Source: Eledone cirrhosa
Taxonomy: Eukaryota
Direction: 5' to 3'
Assembly: GCA_964016885.1 (NCBI GenBank)
Contig: OZ024740.1
Coordinates: 61,876,001 to 61,940,000, forward strand
Length of the DNA stretch: 64,000 nt
Under the pieces are notes generated by a model. It worked only from the letters and a program-made list of their open reading frames with translations, had not been told where the DNA came from and made no database searches. Shown here piece by piece: positions 1 to 13,600 of this stretch. Position numbers and translations under genes: made by a program. The stretch's first letter is position 1, and each line of letters begins with the position of its first letter.

Positions 1-180
1 GGCAGTATCTGTAGAGCGTCAGACACCATGCTTTGCAGCTTAGAGTTATGGCCCTTTACGTTCTGGGTTCAAATATCGCCGAGGTTAACTTTGCTTTTCA
101 TCCTTACAGGGTCAATAAAATAAAGCACCAGTAATGCACTGAGGTAATTGCTGGCCTTGTGCCAAAAGTAGAATCAATTA
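1..180 (+). mobile_element. SINE family A copy (about 190-nt tRNA-like SINE; start cut by the window edge)
   Basis: B-box-like GGTTCAAAT, core gactttgcctttcatcc..gtcgataaaataaagtaccag, tail gccttgtgcc.aaagtagaa. Other copies at about 385-540(-), 803-990(-), 15245-15390(-), 26276-26458(+), 45528-45718(-), 45738-45845(-), 47840-48062(-), 48411-48600(-), 51907-52096(+). Confidence 0.8.
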
Positions 181-1014
181 TTACCATAAATTAAAAACTT
201 TCTAAATAAGAATCAACATATTTTCTCACATCAGACAAGAGATAAAAAGAAAAAAATTAAAAACAACAACCAACCAAACAAACAAACAGTGCTGGTATGA
301 ATATATTCAGAGCTATTTTATCATTGTTCTCTAATTAATATTTAACTGAGTCTTGTGAAAGAAAAATGTAAAAACCAAATAATGGTTTCTTATATAGGCA
401 CAAGGCCAGCAATTTTGGGGAAGGAAAATTCAATTAAGTTGACACCAGTGTGTTACTGGTGCTTTATTTTATCGACACCATAAGGATTAATGGCAAAGCT
501 AACCTCATTGGGATTTGAATTCAGAAGAAAAGGGCCATAATTTTAATTAAAAAAATAATAGTAATAAAACAAAAACATACTCATAGATACATAACCAAAA
601 TTCTCAAGACATAAAATATATACAGCATACAAGAAATAGTACTACTAGGCAATGTACACATATTATGAAGAGTACTCTCAATATAATAGAAATAACGATA
701 CCAAAAACAACACTGCACATACCCAAGGTACACAGCTGTGCTCAGTGATGCACTAACAACACACAATAAAAATAAGTTTAATATTAATAATAATATTATT
801 AATAATTGTTTCTACTTTTGCTACAAGGCCAACAATTACCCCAGTGCATTACTGGTACTTTATTTTATTGACCCCGTGAGGATGAAAGGCAAAGCTAACC
901 TCGTTGGGATTTGAACTCAGAACATAAAGGGCCATAACTCTATGCTGCAAAGCATGGTGTTTGATGCTCTACTGTTACTGCTAATCCACCACAATAATAT
1001 TATTAATAATAATA

Positions 1015-1275
1015 ATAGTTTGGAATTTTGAGTACCTGTTAAGAAAAATTTGCACAGGAAGGTGGCTAGATCTAACACTTGGTTTGAGACATGAAAAACA
1101 GAAATTATTTATGTGACATAGCATGTCTACCAGAAAATAACTTGGAGAAAAAAATACTTAGCTTATGAAATGAGAGAAAAATGTGAGGAACACCAAACAC
1201 AGATTGTACCAATAATTGTGGGTAGCCTTAATTGAATAATGGAATGGGTTGAAAATACCCTTAAAAATTTATAAA
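1015..1275 (+). mobile_element. Degenerate 3' fragment of an RLE-type non-LTR retrotransposon
   Basis: Remnant peptide ..KYLAYEMREK..IVPIIVGSL.. resembling the PD-(D/E)xK C-terminus. Confidence 0.4.
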
Positions 1276-2519
1276 AACCAAGAAAGTGAGAAACAAGGGA
1301 AGAAGACGGTGAGAGTAGAGAGATGGCAGACTGCCTTCTAGTGTGTTTTATGAAAGATGGGTGAGAGCAGGGAGAATGTCAAGGTTGAATATGCCTAAAC
1401 TTTCTAATCAGGAGAAAAGAAACCAGGAGAGGGCAGTTTCAATGCCTGTGAGGTAACAGAGTAATCCAATATTTTGTGTGGTTTCTCCCTGGAATACCCT
1501 AAAGTACAGTCCCTAACTATTGGGGAACTTGTGCTTGTTGGCATCATACCCATCCTATAATGCAGTGATTCTGAAATGGAAAGTATTTGGATTTCAGGGG
1601 AGGAATTTTAGCTGAGGAGGGATTGAGGATGAATGTTAGTCAGGAAAGCAATTTAGACTGGGATAGATTAATGTACATTGTGTATATATTAAACGATATA
1701 TCAATATACCCAATTATAAAGGTAATGATGAGTTAACAGTTCACAAAATTGTTGCTTCGGACTTTATCCCATTTGAGACTATACAATTATTGAGATTTGA
1801 AAAGCTTGTTTATGTTAATATGGTGCTTGGGGGAAAAATTACTAGATGACAATTCAAGATGGAGATCACATAAAATGAGGATGATAATGATGACACCTGG
1901 GATCGCAAGGGGAGGAATATGACCTCAGTCTCTGAGAAGCACTGCTGTTATATTGCAAAATTGCTCCAGTTGGTAGCTCTAGCTTTTCTGATTTACATAA
2001 GAAAATGGTTTCACTCTTATTTCAGATTAGTTTAATGATAAAATGTGCATCCAATTGTAAAAATAATTGCTCCAACAAAAAGAAAAAAATACACACACAG
2101 ACACACACACACATATATATATATAATTCACCCATTATAACATGGAAAAATATATGTAAAACAGCAAAATGATGCTGATGATGATGTCAATGCTGCAGCC
2201 AACATCAATAAATAAATGATGAAATATAATGTCTTCATGAGTCAGTCACAGAATCTGATAAAGCTGATAGTATGCATAATGGTTTCAGAATAAACTGAAA
2301 TATTCCATATCAAAGGTGTTATTAAACATATTTCCACCTCAATATCATAATTATGCACAAGCAGAGCTGACTGAGACCAATATAAAAACATCAAGAATAT
2401 TCTATGTTGCAAAATTAATTCATACATTTCATTATGAAAAAAAGAGGAAAAATATATTTCTGAGTTGTATTTGTCTGGCAAGTGACGTGTTCTGAGGCTG
2501 TCTATTGAAACTGAAGCAT

Positions 2520-3200
2520 TAACTTGGATTTAGCTACAGGTACACATAAACCTTATCATAAGCCTAATGGAAAACTAAGATCTATTAATAGAGGGTCCTG
2601 CCACCCCCCCCAGTCCCCAGTTATCTTTAAGAATCTAGTCCCTAACATTAGATGTCAGATCTATAACTTATCTTCTTCCAAGGAGATATTTGATAGGATA
2701 GCCTCATACCATAACAAAGCACTTGAAAATAGCGGCATCAAAGATAAAATTAAGTATATACCCAATACCACCACTCAAAATACATGTAAAAGTAGGAAAA
2801 GTAATATCCTAGTATTGAAGACTAGCCTAGGTGAAAATTTCTTAGAATTATTAGACAAACGTTTCTCCCCTGAACATAGGTATAGGAAAGTTTTCAACAG
2901 GCGGGCAGTGAAACTCAGCTACTCCTGCAGACTTTCTATGAAGACAAAAATAACATACAAAAAAAAGAACCTGATGTAAACCTGAGATGTTCATGCAGGA
3001 ACAAAGATGAATGTCCTTTACACAAAAATGTAATGTTAGGCTGGTCATATACAAAGCTACCATCACACCAGTTATGACCAACCATACAGTGAGCAGAGAA
3101 TGCTATGTGGGTATAATACATGACCGGTTTAAACAATGGCACTATTCATATATCGCATATGCTTACTGAACATCGAGATGTAAACATGTCTTCCATGGCA
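2520..3200 (+). mobile_element. Penelope-like element fragment (RT C-terminus, linker and GIY-YIG start)
   Basis: DL.TG.HKPYHKPN..YIN..SCHPP..NLSSSKEIF..YHNKALENSG, VFNRRAVKLSYSC, then C.CRNKDECPL and YKATI..YVG remnants. Confidence 0.85.
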
Positions 3201-3273
3201 AACATATCAACAAAACCAAACTTTATTTTTGTTTACATTCAATCTTCCTATTTGACAAAGACTTATTAAATAA

Positions 3274-4431
3274 TTAGCAGCAGGACCTAGCGTAGCACGG
3301 GGTAGGAAACGTGAAATAGCAACACGCATATGCAAATATTGAGGAATGTAGCTGTGTACATTTTGAATTCCCTTATTCTCAGGGAATGATTGTTCATCTA
3401 CTGAAAACGTAGAACACCAGCAGGCCAACTCCAGTAATAGCAGTGTCAGTGGGCTGATTGTGGAAATCCTGTATGCGAAAGGAGTAAGTAAGTGTTGTGG
3501 GGTGATGTATGTCGTAAGTCTGTTCATGAATTACATCACCGATGGGGAATACACGTCAGTCTGAAGGAGCGATGTAGTCAATTGTGTGAAAGCCAAGTAG
3601 GGATGTACGTTTAAGTAGGGATATTGAGATGACAAAATCAGCATGGCAACACAACTGTAGCAGAAGGGGATCATAGTGCAATTAGCACAAATGCTGGATG
3701 GCACTGGTTTCACTGCATTTATACAGCAACAAAGGTGCGACAAAAGGGGTCACCGCGGAATTAGTACAACTGCTGTTCGGCGTACTTGTGCAGGGCATTC
3801 ATACTGCAGTGTAGGTGTAACAAAGGGGTCTTAGTAGAAGTAGCGCAGACGTGAGTTTTATGGCGTTAATAACACGGCAACGTACACAGGGCCCGGATGG
3901 GTTGCGCATGATAAAAGCACAAAGTGTCAACAGGGCGGCGACAAAAATTTTAAGGTCCTCCTCATATCCCCAATCCCCTGAAAATGGTCCTGCTTAAAAG
4001 TAAGTAAGTGTTGTGTCCTCTGATAAATAAACAAATTTTTAACGAAATATTATACGCTACTTACGATGTTTAAGTAGTATTTATATTGAAAATGAAAATG
4101 GCATGTAATGCCCAATGCTAATTCGTAAATTTATCGGAAATCTTTTTTGTTTTTTGTCCACAGCAATGCGAGGGGACTAACTAATGTGTGCTGAAAATTT
4201 TGAGGAAATCAGCTGGATTATCTTTCAGTTATGCCTCAAAAAAGCCTAAAAATGGCTAAAAAATGCGGTTTTTCGCCTAATGCAAAAAAAATGTTAATGT
4301 TTTTAGCCCATTGCACTTCAAGAAATATAACTAACGCATGTGTAAAGTTTGAAAAAATTTGGTTGGGTACTTCTCGAGTTTTAGGAATTTACACAGACAG
4401 ACAGACATCCTCTGTTTTATATATATAGAGA
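3274..4431 (-). mobile_element. Non-autonomous Helitron-like element (about 1.16 kb)
   Basis: Minus strand starts A|TCTCTATATATATAAAA followed by (GTCT)n, ends with an imperfect hairpin CCCGTGCTACGCTAGG and then CTAA|T; no TSD. Confidence 0.75.
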
Positions 4432-4575
4432 TCATTGAATAACAATCTTTTTATAGCTTTGAAATGTGCATAATGGGATGGTGTAATGTAATAAAAGGAT
4501 GTTGGATATGTGATACTGTCTCTCTTCCTTTTCTTAATATATATATGTCTGTGTGTTTATGTGCGTGTGTGTGTA

Positions 4576-6530
4576 TCATCATCATCATCTTCGTTTAACA
4601 TCCATCATCCACGCTAGCATGGGTTAGAGGGGAGTTGTCCCATTTGAGGCAAGGCTGGTCGAGTGACCGTGTCTCGCTCATATGGGACTATCTGCCAGGT
4701 TTTCTACAGCTGGATGCCCTTCCTAACACCAACAACATTTACAGTGCGGAACTGGGAACTTTTTACCGTGTTACCCACAAGGCCACATTACAGCGTGGAG
4801 TGTGTGTTTTTTTGTCATGACACCTACACAATCTCGATCTCATTTATTTGGACTGGATGTTGTGGTACCAACTTTACAGAGAGAGGGTGGTGTTGGTGGG
4901 AGTGGGAGGATAGGGTAGGGGTAGTGGATTGGGGTTGTATATTTGGTTAAGAGGTGCCTACTGACTGTAGGTTTCGCTTTGTACATAGGCAAGGCGGGTC
5001 TTCTGTATTACTGCGTAGCACCAAGGATCTCAGTCCAGTGACATCGTCTTAGAGAGGTACAAGTGTGTAAGGTCGGAATTTATCAGATCATTCCAGGTTT
5101 TTCTGGGTCTACCTACTCTGTAACTACCATCAATTTTGATCACCCTGCACTTTTTTATACAGCTGTCATCTTTCATGCGCATCACGTCGCCATACGTAGT
5201 CTTCCATACGTAGTCTTCTCTCAAGTAAACAGCATCTGATCCCTCTTATTCCTAATTTCTCACTTAGTTCATTTATGCTTTGCCATTCACGTATATTACT
5301 ATTATACATCCAACGGAGCATGCATGCTTCGTTCCTTTCCAGTCTGCGCAGGTCCTCTGCACATAATGCCCATGTCTCACTGCCATGTAGCATTGCTGTT
5401 CGTATACAGGCATCATACAATCTGCCTTTCATTTTTAGAGAGAAACCTTTTGTGGCCAACAGCGGTATAAGCTCTCTGAACTTTTTCCATCCCGTTCTGA
5501 CTCTGGCTACTGTACTTTCAGAACACCCCACACCACTGCTGATTTCGTCACCCAGGTAACTATTTCTATAGAACTATCTGGGCAATAGAAGGAACTAGTA
5601 TCCTGTGGACACTTGCGATTATTGCACCTGAGCATCGGCCACTTATAAAGTCTACGTTCTTAGATAGTTTACCTGTGATCCCACTACATCTTTTATGTAC
5701 CCATAGTTTGCATTTGGGACATAAAATGGAATTTCTGCCTACTCCTTTCCTACACATTGAGCATGGCCATTTCCCTGAGGCCACCTGTGCCCTATTTTCC
5801 ATTCTACAAACTAGAACTTTAGTCTTAGACAAGTTACCTTTAAGGCCTTTTGATTCTAGGCTATGCTTCCATGTTTGGATTTTTTCTTTAGTTCAGCCAT
5901 AGATTCAGCTATGAGAGTTAGATCATCTGCGTATAGGAGTTCCCATGAGCAGCCGGTCTTGAACTCCTCTGTTATAGCCTGAAGGGCAATAATAAATAGG
6001 AGGGGGCTAAGGACAGAGCCTTGATGAACACCGACTTTTACACTAAATTCTTCACAATATTCATTGTTAATTCTAACCTTACTGACTGTTTCTTTATACA
6101 TAGCTTGTATAGCTCTCACAAGCCATTCATCTACACCTAGTTTTCTAAGAGCCCACCGGATAATGGAGCGGAGGACTCTGTCAAAGGCTTTCTCCAGGTC
6201 TGCAAAAGCTAAGTAGAGGGGTTTACTTTTAGCTAGGTACATCTGTAGTCGTCGTACAAGGAAAAGATCGTCTGTGGTACTTTTACCTGACACAAACCCA
6301 AACTGCATTTCATCTAGATCAATTTGCTCTCTGATTAGTTGCGCTATAACTTTTTCTGTAACCTTCATGACCTGGTCAACTAACTTAATGTCTCTATAGT
6401 TTCCCCTATCTAGAGCATCCCCTTTACCCTTGTAGCAGTTAATGATGATGCTGCTACGCCAGTCATTTGGTATGACCCCATTCTGTATTACTTGGTTAAC
6501 TATACGGGTGATCATAGTATGTCCCATAGT
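4576..6530 (-). mobile_element. 5'-truncated, frameshifted RTE LINE (RT, PHD finger, 3' UTR, (GAT)n tail)
   Basis: ORF pieces 5856-6587, 5566-5832 and 5166-5531 with QGSVLSP, YADD and CSMC..HKRC; tail catcatcatc at 4576. Confidence 0.95.
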
Positions 6531-6547
6531 ATGTGTATATATATATA

Positions 6548-7437
6548 TCATCATCATCATTTTACGTCCGCTTTTCCCTGCTTGCAAGGGTTGGATGAGT
6601 CCTATTCAGCACAGCATCTCACCACTTGTCACGGTCCTTCATCATCTCCTCGGTGAGTTTCAGCGATGTGAGGTCTGCTCTCACCACCTCTGCCCATGTT
6701 TTTCGTGGTCTACCTCTACTGCGTCTTCCTTCTACTGGGATTACTTGACACTTCTTTACCCAGCGGTCATCCTCTATGCGCATCACATGTCCATACCATC
6801 TCAGCCTTCTCTCCTGCACACCACAACCTATCCTTCTTATACCCAGTTTCTTTCTCAACTCGTCTATGCTTGGTTGTTCACGCACATTGACATTGCTCAT
6901 CCAACGGAGCATACTTGCTTCATTTCTCTGCAGTTGCTGCCCATGTCTCACTACCATGCAGCATCGCGCATCGGTATCATATAACTGTGCTTTCGTACGC
7001 AGGGAGAAACCCTTCTTTGTCAACAAAGGAAGCAGCTCCCTAAACTTCTTCCAACCCGTCCTTATTCTAGATACTATGACCTCGATTCACCCCCCCCCCC
7101 CCCTCCCATGCTAATCTGAACACCTAGGTACCAGAAGCTATCAACCACTTCTATAGAACCCACCTGCATTGGAAAAATGTGTCTATCACTGTGATTAATA
7201 CTGCCAACTTTCCCTCTACATCTACTGCATACATAGTTTTCCCTACCTGTTAGTTTGCCTGCTATCCCACTACATCTCTTGTGTACCCAAGATCTGCATT
7301 GCGTACATTTTATGGAATTTATGCCAGTTTCTTTCCTACATATCGAACATGGCCATTTCCCTGATGGAATCAGAGTATTGTCCTCTCTTCTACTTATCAA
7401 CACTTTTGTCTTAGCTATGTTCACTCTCAGACCTCTT
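6548..7437 (-). mobile_element. 5'-truncated RTE LINE of a second subfamily with a short 3' UTR
   Basis: PHD finger, [19 protein letters not shown], (GAT)n tail. Confidence 0.92.
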
Positions 7438-7592
7438 TAAGTACTAGGTTTGAGAGGATCAACTAAAACCTTTGAAAGCAGTGCACTAATATGAATTCAA
7501 TCTAAAACCAGTGAATGATTAAAAGAATGTGTGTATATTATTACCTTTCAGCTTTTACACCCCATATTTTAATTCCAATATATCTTTTGTAG

Positions 7593-7694
7593 ACCTATGA
7601 AAATGGATCTGTTACCCAGTGTAAAGTATTTTACTTTAATTTGGGAGAAGCTTACAAAGGCACAAAGGGAGACCAGCAAAAGCTTTTACAAAGA
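7593..7694 (+). CDS. DCDC1: DCDC1-like exon ([34 protein letters not shown])
   Basis: tcttttgtag acceptor, gtaagt donor, phase 0-0; YENG is a DCX-like motif. Confidence 0.8.
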
Positions 7695-10600
7695 GTAAGT
7701 ATTTCATATTTTTTTAACAATGGAATGCAAGATTTTATTTAGATGAAAGCATAGTAAAATAAAAACAAGAGGGAAAAAGTTCAAGAAACTATTCCCTCGG
7801 CTAGCAACAGAGATTCTCTCACTGACATCATGCAACATTGCATAGCAACAATACATGGGCATTGAATTCAGAAGATGTGCAAAAGATGTGAGAAAATGAA
7901 GTGAGCATGCTTCATTGGATGTGTAATGTTAGTATGCATAAACAATAAAGTACCAAGGAGTTGAGAGAAAATCTGGGTATAAGAGGAATTAAATGTTGTG
8001 GACAAGAGAAAAGACTGTGATGATACGAATGATGAGAGTTGGGTAAAGAAGTGCCAAGAGATCCAATTAACAGATTGTTGCTGAAGAAAATCAAAGAAGA
8101 CATAAATAGTAGGGGTAATATCTGATTTCAGGATGCTGAAATTCAGAATGAAGCTTTCAAAGGAACATAAGAAATGGCAACATGCAGTGTTGGATAGCAC
8201 CCATCTAACTCATGCAAGCATGGAAAAATACATGTAAAGATGATGATGTTGATATATATTATGCAACAAAAGTATTTAGATGTAGATTATGTGCAAACAC
8301 TGGTGCCAAGTTGTATCGGCCTATGCCTTTCTCTTGGATGACATTGGTGGTTTGGAGAGAGGAAACTTGCATGTATAAACAACTGCTGTGCCTTTCATAA
8401 AAGAACCTTGCCCAGGCTTGCTCTTTGGAGAGAAACTTGTTTTAGTCACAAGACATGCAAAGGCCCTGGATATCGATTATGCTTCAGCCCAGACTGAACA
8501 GATTCATAATGGAGGGTACTCCAAAGATGACTATCTTATATCATCAGGTATTGCCTATGTAGCACCACAGTTTCACTAATTAGCAGCTTAAACCACAACA
8601 ACACTTTCTCTCTCTTCCTCACAATCAGACTAAGGTTAAGAAGCTGAAATGTTATATTCTCCATACCTCAGAGTAATTGAACTCACCAAACATTCTATAA
8701 ACTATCCTGTGAACTAATTGTTACCATCACAGACCACCAGCAGTTTTTTTGATTTCCAGATTTAACAAATATGTCATCTTTTCAAATGATATGGTGTGAT
8801 TTGAGGGAAATTTTGCTGCTATTTCAATAAAGAGGAATTGAACTGAGAACAATAAAGCAGGAATTTAGTTCAGAACAATAAAGTAAGATTTGAGATCAGA
8901 ATTATAAAAGCAGGAATTGTGCTCAGAGCAATAAAGCAGTAACTGAGTTCAGAATAATAAAGTAGGATTTGAAATCAGATCAATAAGCAGAAATGAGCTG
9001 CTATTTCAATGAAGTAGGATTTAAGTTCAGAACAATAAAGCAGTATTTGAGATAAGGAATATAGCAGGAATTGAGCTCAAAATAATTGTTTCTACTTTAG
9101 GCAGAGTTTGCGACCAGAATGATAATTTTATAATTTCAGCTTAGAATTATTTAGACCAGTACTCTCAACACTAGTGTCTATTTTTTAGAAATGTTATTTT
9201 CTTTGATATTTGATACTACCTTTTTAACAACTGACAAATTTTATGAACCCTGAGAAAACTTTAACAATATAACATATGTTAGAAAAAAAGAGACCATATT
9301 TGGGTCATGATTCATATTAGAACAGAATTCCTGAGAAACACTTTGATATCTTTTAATGAAGTTTTACTCCAATAATCCTAACTAATTATTACATTTCAGA
9401 GACGTTTATGCAACAGGAAGACTTATTGTTAACATAAGAGATTAATGAAATTTTAGATTGAATAAGAACCTATAATACTGCTTTAACAATACAATAAAAT
9501 CTGCTTAGTTGATTGCTTCATAACTAAATCTAGTCTTCATTATTATTCTCTGCCATGTTCTGTATACACATTCTGAAAGATTCAGAGGAAATTAGTTGCT
9601 GTTGATGTTCCAAAGAAATTTCAAAACCATATTGATTCCTACTTTCTTTTGATGAATAAAAGAAATAGATTATGGAACAAATCACTTGCAGACATTGCTT
9701 TTAATCTTTCAAGGATCTCTTAAGGAAGAATTCTTTCCAATTGATCCTAAATCAGTATTGAGATTTTCTTTATGTTCGTCAATGCCAGGTATCCTCATAT
9801 ATATATATGATGATGATGGTGATGATACATTTTCTTAGACAAAATCTGCAGTTGTAAAAGTGGGGAATGAATCCATATTTTCTTTGGGCATGTTTTCAAT
9901 ACAGTATCTCAATTATTTCAAATAGCTTGAACTTAGTTTCATAGAATATTCTTCAGATCTTTATTTCTACCAACTGCTCTGGCAATGGAAATTGGCTGTG
10001 TGTTTAAGAAGTTCATTTTGTAACCATGTGCTCTTGGATTTGATTCCACCTATTTCTAGTAAGTTTATCAACCATGTAAACTTTTTCCATTGACACTCCA
10101 CATTGAATTTGATTGGTTATCTTTCAGGCTATTTTTTTAAAATCTTTTGATACCAAACTGCCCCAAACTGATTCTGGTTCTATGAAATAAAACCACCTGT
10201 TTTAAAGGGTTCCGGTATAAATTGAAACTTTGCAATGTAATTATATATAATAACCTTTTAAGTTATGTTACAAATACTATCTAGATAATTAAATAATTAA
10301 TATTAGTAAACTTCTCTAAATTCTTCATTAACATTTCCATTACCTTATTTCTCATGCAATAAAGTGAATGTTGAAAATAATCAAGAATTTGGAACATTTT
10401 AATAAAATAACTTTTTCATTAAGTTGAAATATAAAACCTAAAAAATGCTCTTATATAAAATTATGATGGGAGGTTTTAATTGAGATATAAATACTATAAA
10501 ATGGACAGTTTTATCACAGAACCAGAGGCAGATTCAGGTGGATTGTATCAAAAGGGTTAATTAATTCAATACAGTAGATTTCATTAGAAATACGGTCATG

Positions 10601-13600
10601 AAAGGGTTAACAAACATATAGCTTTGTTTTATGCAGGTGCAATTCCTATAAATACTATTTCAAGGTTCAACCTATATGTTAGGCATAACCAAAAATACAT
10701 ATTTTCTACAATTTCTTCTTTAATATTTGCATTTTTATTCTTTTCCTTTTTGATTATTCAGCTCTACGATGATTTATCAATCAGCCAGAGATTAAGTAAT
10801 ACTCAAAAGCCAAAAATTGCACCAACTGTTCAGAAAATTTTCATAAATTCTAGTGAAGAATTGAAAGATGTCCTCTCCTTGAAATATGACCAGGAAATTT
10901 GGCTGTCATTTGGAGAAACATACATTGATCCTTATAGTAAGTAGAATATCATGATTCCTTTATTTGGAGGTGATTGCTTCTGAGAGGACCCTATGGAAGG
11001 CATGACTGAGGACTCTGCCCCCACAACCCTCCTGTGAATAAGTAGGTGAAAAAGAAGTGTTTCTCAAACTTTTTCAGATTACTATCTCCTTTTAGGGGTT
11101 ATATTTCATCAACACTGTAAAATTGAAAAAGATTATACATCAAACATTAAATTCAATACTTTTAAAATGTTATTTAACCATTTCATTGTATTTTTACTGA
11201 AAGATGTGACTAATATGTTTTTAAAAACATTGAAAACAATCAACATAGCTAACTTCCTTATTAATAAGATAGTCTTTGGAACATAACTTAACAAAGTACG
11301 TACATAAAATTATGATGGAAGATTTTTAGATAAATATAAATACTGTAAAGCAATTAGTCTTGTATCATAAAACCAAGGGTTCTTTCAGGAAGTTTGGTAT
11401 CAAAAGGGTTATTCAATAAATATTGAATAACTAAAGGTGACAGTTTTATGAGCAACTACTAATTTTTATTCTTTGCTTCTTTCATCACTCACTTCTCTCT
11501 GCCTTCAAATACCCCCCGTAGCACCTCTGTGCCTTTAATTGGCCCCATACCATGCCCTTGCTTTTCACTGACCCTCATGAGTCTCCTAGTACATTCAGAG
11601 AAGAAGAGGCAGGGCTATAGTACTCACATTGGGAATGATTGATCTATGTAGTCATATCTGTCTTGTCAACTTTTTTTTTTATTTCTTTCAAATAAATATA
11701 GTTTTAATAAGCATAATTCCAATAGTTGATACAAAATTTGAATAATATTTACAAAATTATACTCTACTACCAACTGTCAATAGATTGATTTTTTAACTAG
11801 CACATGAGTATACATAGAAATACACAATTTAATAAATGAGTACCACATGAATGACTATAAAATAATTAAAAAATCACTATAAATATCTAGAGCCACAGAA
11901 GAATTAAAGGGAGAAGGAGGAGGGCGATGGGCTCTTGGCCTAGGGCAAAAGCATTTATGCAGACAATGGCCATCGATACTTGCTGCAACAGTCACCCCAC
12001 CTCGCGGGGCTCCTTCTTCAGATGGGCTGCTGATGTTCCAACTTGCAGAGGAGGTCGACAGTACAGGGTCTGAGGACACCTGAGGTCTCAATGGTGACTG
12101 GTGCGAAGAGCAAGTGGCCAGACAATCCCCGGTATTTGTTTGTCTTCTTTACCTCTGCATTTTGGGCTGCAGTACCAGAGTTTGTGGCCGAAGCAACTAA
12201 GATGGAGGCGGAGAACGTGTCACAACATATGGTGTCCCAGATGAGGGATCTACCTTCAAATGGGAAGAGGATAATTCCGTTGGGACGCTTGCCATCTCTG
12301 CGGTCATTGCCTGCTGGCTTAAACAATTGTGATAGGAAGCCAGCTGCATCCAGGTTCCTTCTCAATATGTTGTTGAGAGCAGCATGTTGAGGGAACTGTC
12401 CTGTGCTCTGGCAGAAAGGCAGTGGGTTTGTATGCCAGTGTCTTCCTCTTTCTCTTTTTATGTCTGCCTGTTTGTCTTCCTGTAAACCTGTCTGTTGGTA
12501 TGCATGTAGGAATGTATGTATACATGTAGGAATGTATGCATGTTTGTAGGAATGTATGTATGTTTGTAGGAATGTATGTACGTTTGTAGGAATGTATGTA
12601 TGTGTCAGGTCACGAGTTGGTGCTACTGGTAACATGTATCCCAGTACAACCTGTCTCATGGTCGGGACGTTGGCGACTAAACTGGCTACCCCACCAAGGT
12701 TTCTTGGTGAGGAGGGTGACTTTGGACATCCTGCAGGACTAAAAACAAAACCTGTCAAAGGGCAAAGGAGCTCTTAGGAGTCAATGGCCATCCAAAATCA
12801 CCGGGAGAGATGACCCCTTAGCCTTTGTCAAGGCAGAATTCTAGGAGAAGGAAAACTCTGATATAAACACCTGCAACCCTGATGGTATCCAATGATGTTG
12901 ACTTGTTCTTCTTTTTGGTAAATATCATCTTGGTTAAGAGAGTGGGACTGGCTTTGTGCAGTGCCTTTGCTCACTATAAAAGCTTCACGGCACAGGCACA
13001 GGCATTGCTTTATATCTGGAGATCTCTCTGCACTTGTCCTCACATGGTACCATGGGCCCAGCACTAAGTGTCAATAATTGTCACAAGTGTAGTGTTTGTA
13101 CCAGAGTTTTCAATACGCTGGCTGGACTAAAAAGTCACACTCGTTCAGCGCATGGGTAGGGGTTCTCCTACATGGATATAAAGTAGTGGCCGTACTCGAA
13201 AACGAGTTGGCAGCCACCATGTATACATGTAGGAATGTATGCATGTTTGTAGGAATGTATGTATACATGTAGGAATGTATGCATGTTTGTAGGAATATAT
13301 GTATACATGTAGGAATGTATGTATGCATGTAGGAATGTATGTATACATGTAGGAATGTATGTATGCATGTAGGAATGTATGTATACATGTAGGAATGTAT
13401 GTATGCATGTAGGAATGTATGTATACATGTAGGAATGTATGTATGCATGTAGGAATGTATGTATACATGTAGGAATGTATGTATGCATGACATGCAATAG
13501 GATCGAACATGAAACCATATGGTTGTAAAGCAACTTCTTAATTATACAGCCATGTCTCACCCCCACCCCCACCAAAACTACCACCACTGCAGCCACTGCC

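Noticed and set aside
9714-9788. Possible extra exon ([12 protein letters not shown]...)
   Set aside because: Phase 1-1 between exons that join in phase 0; weak splice sites
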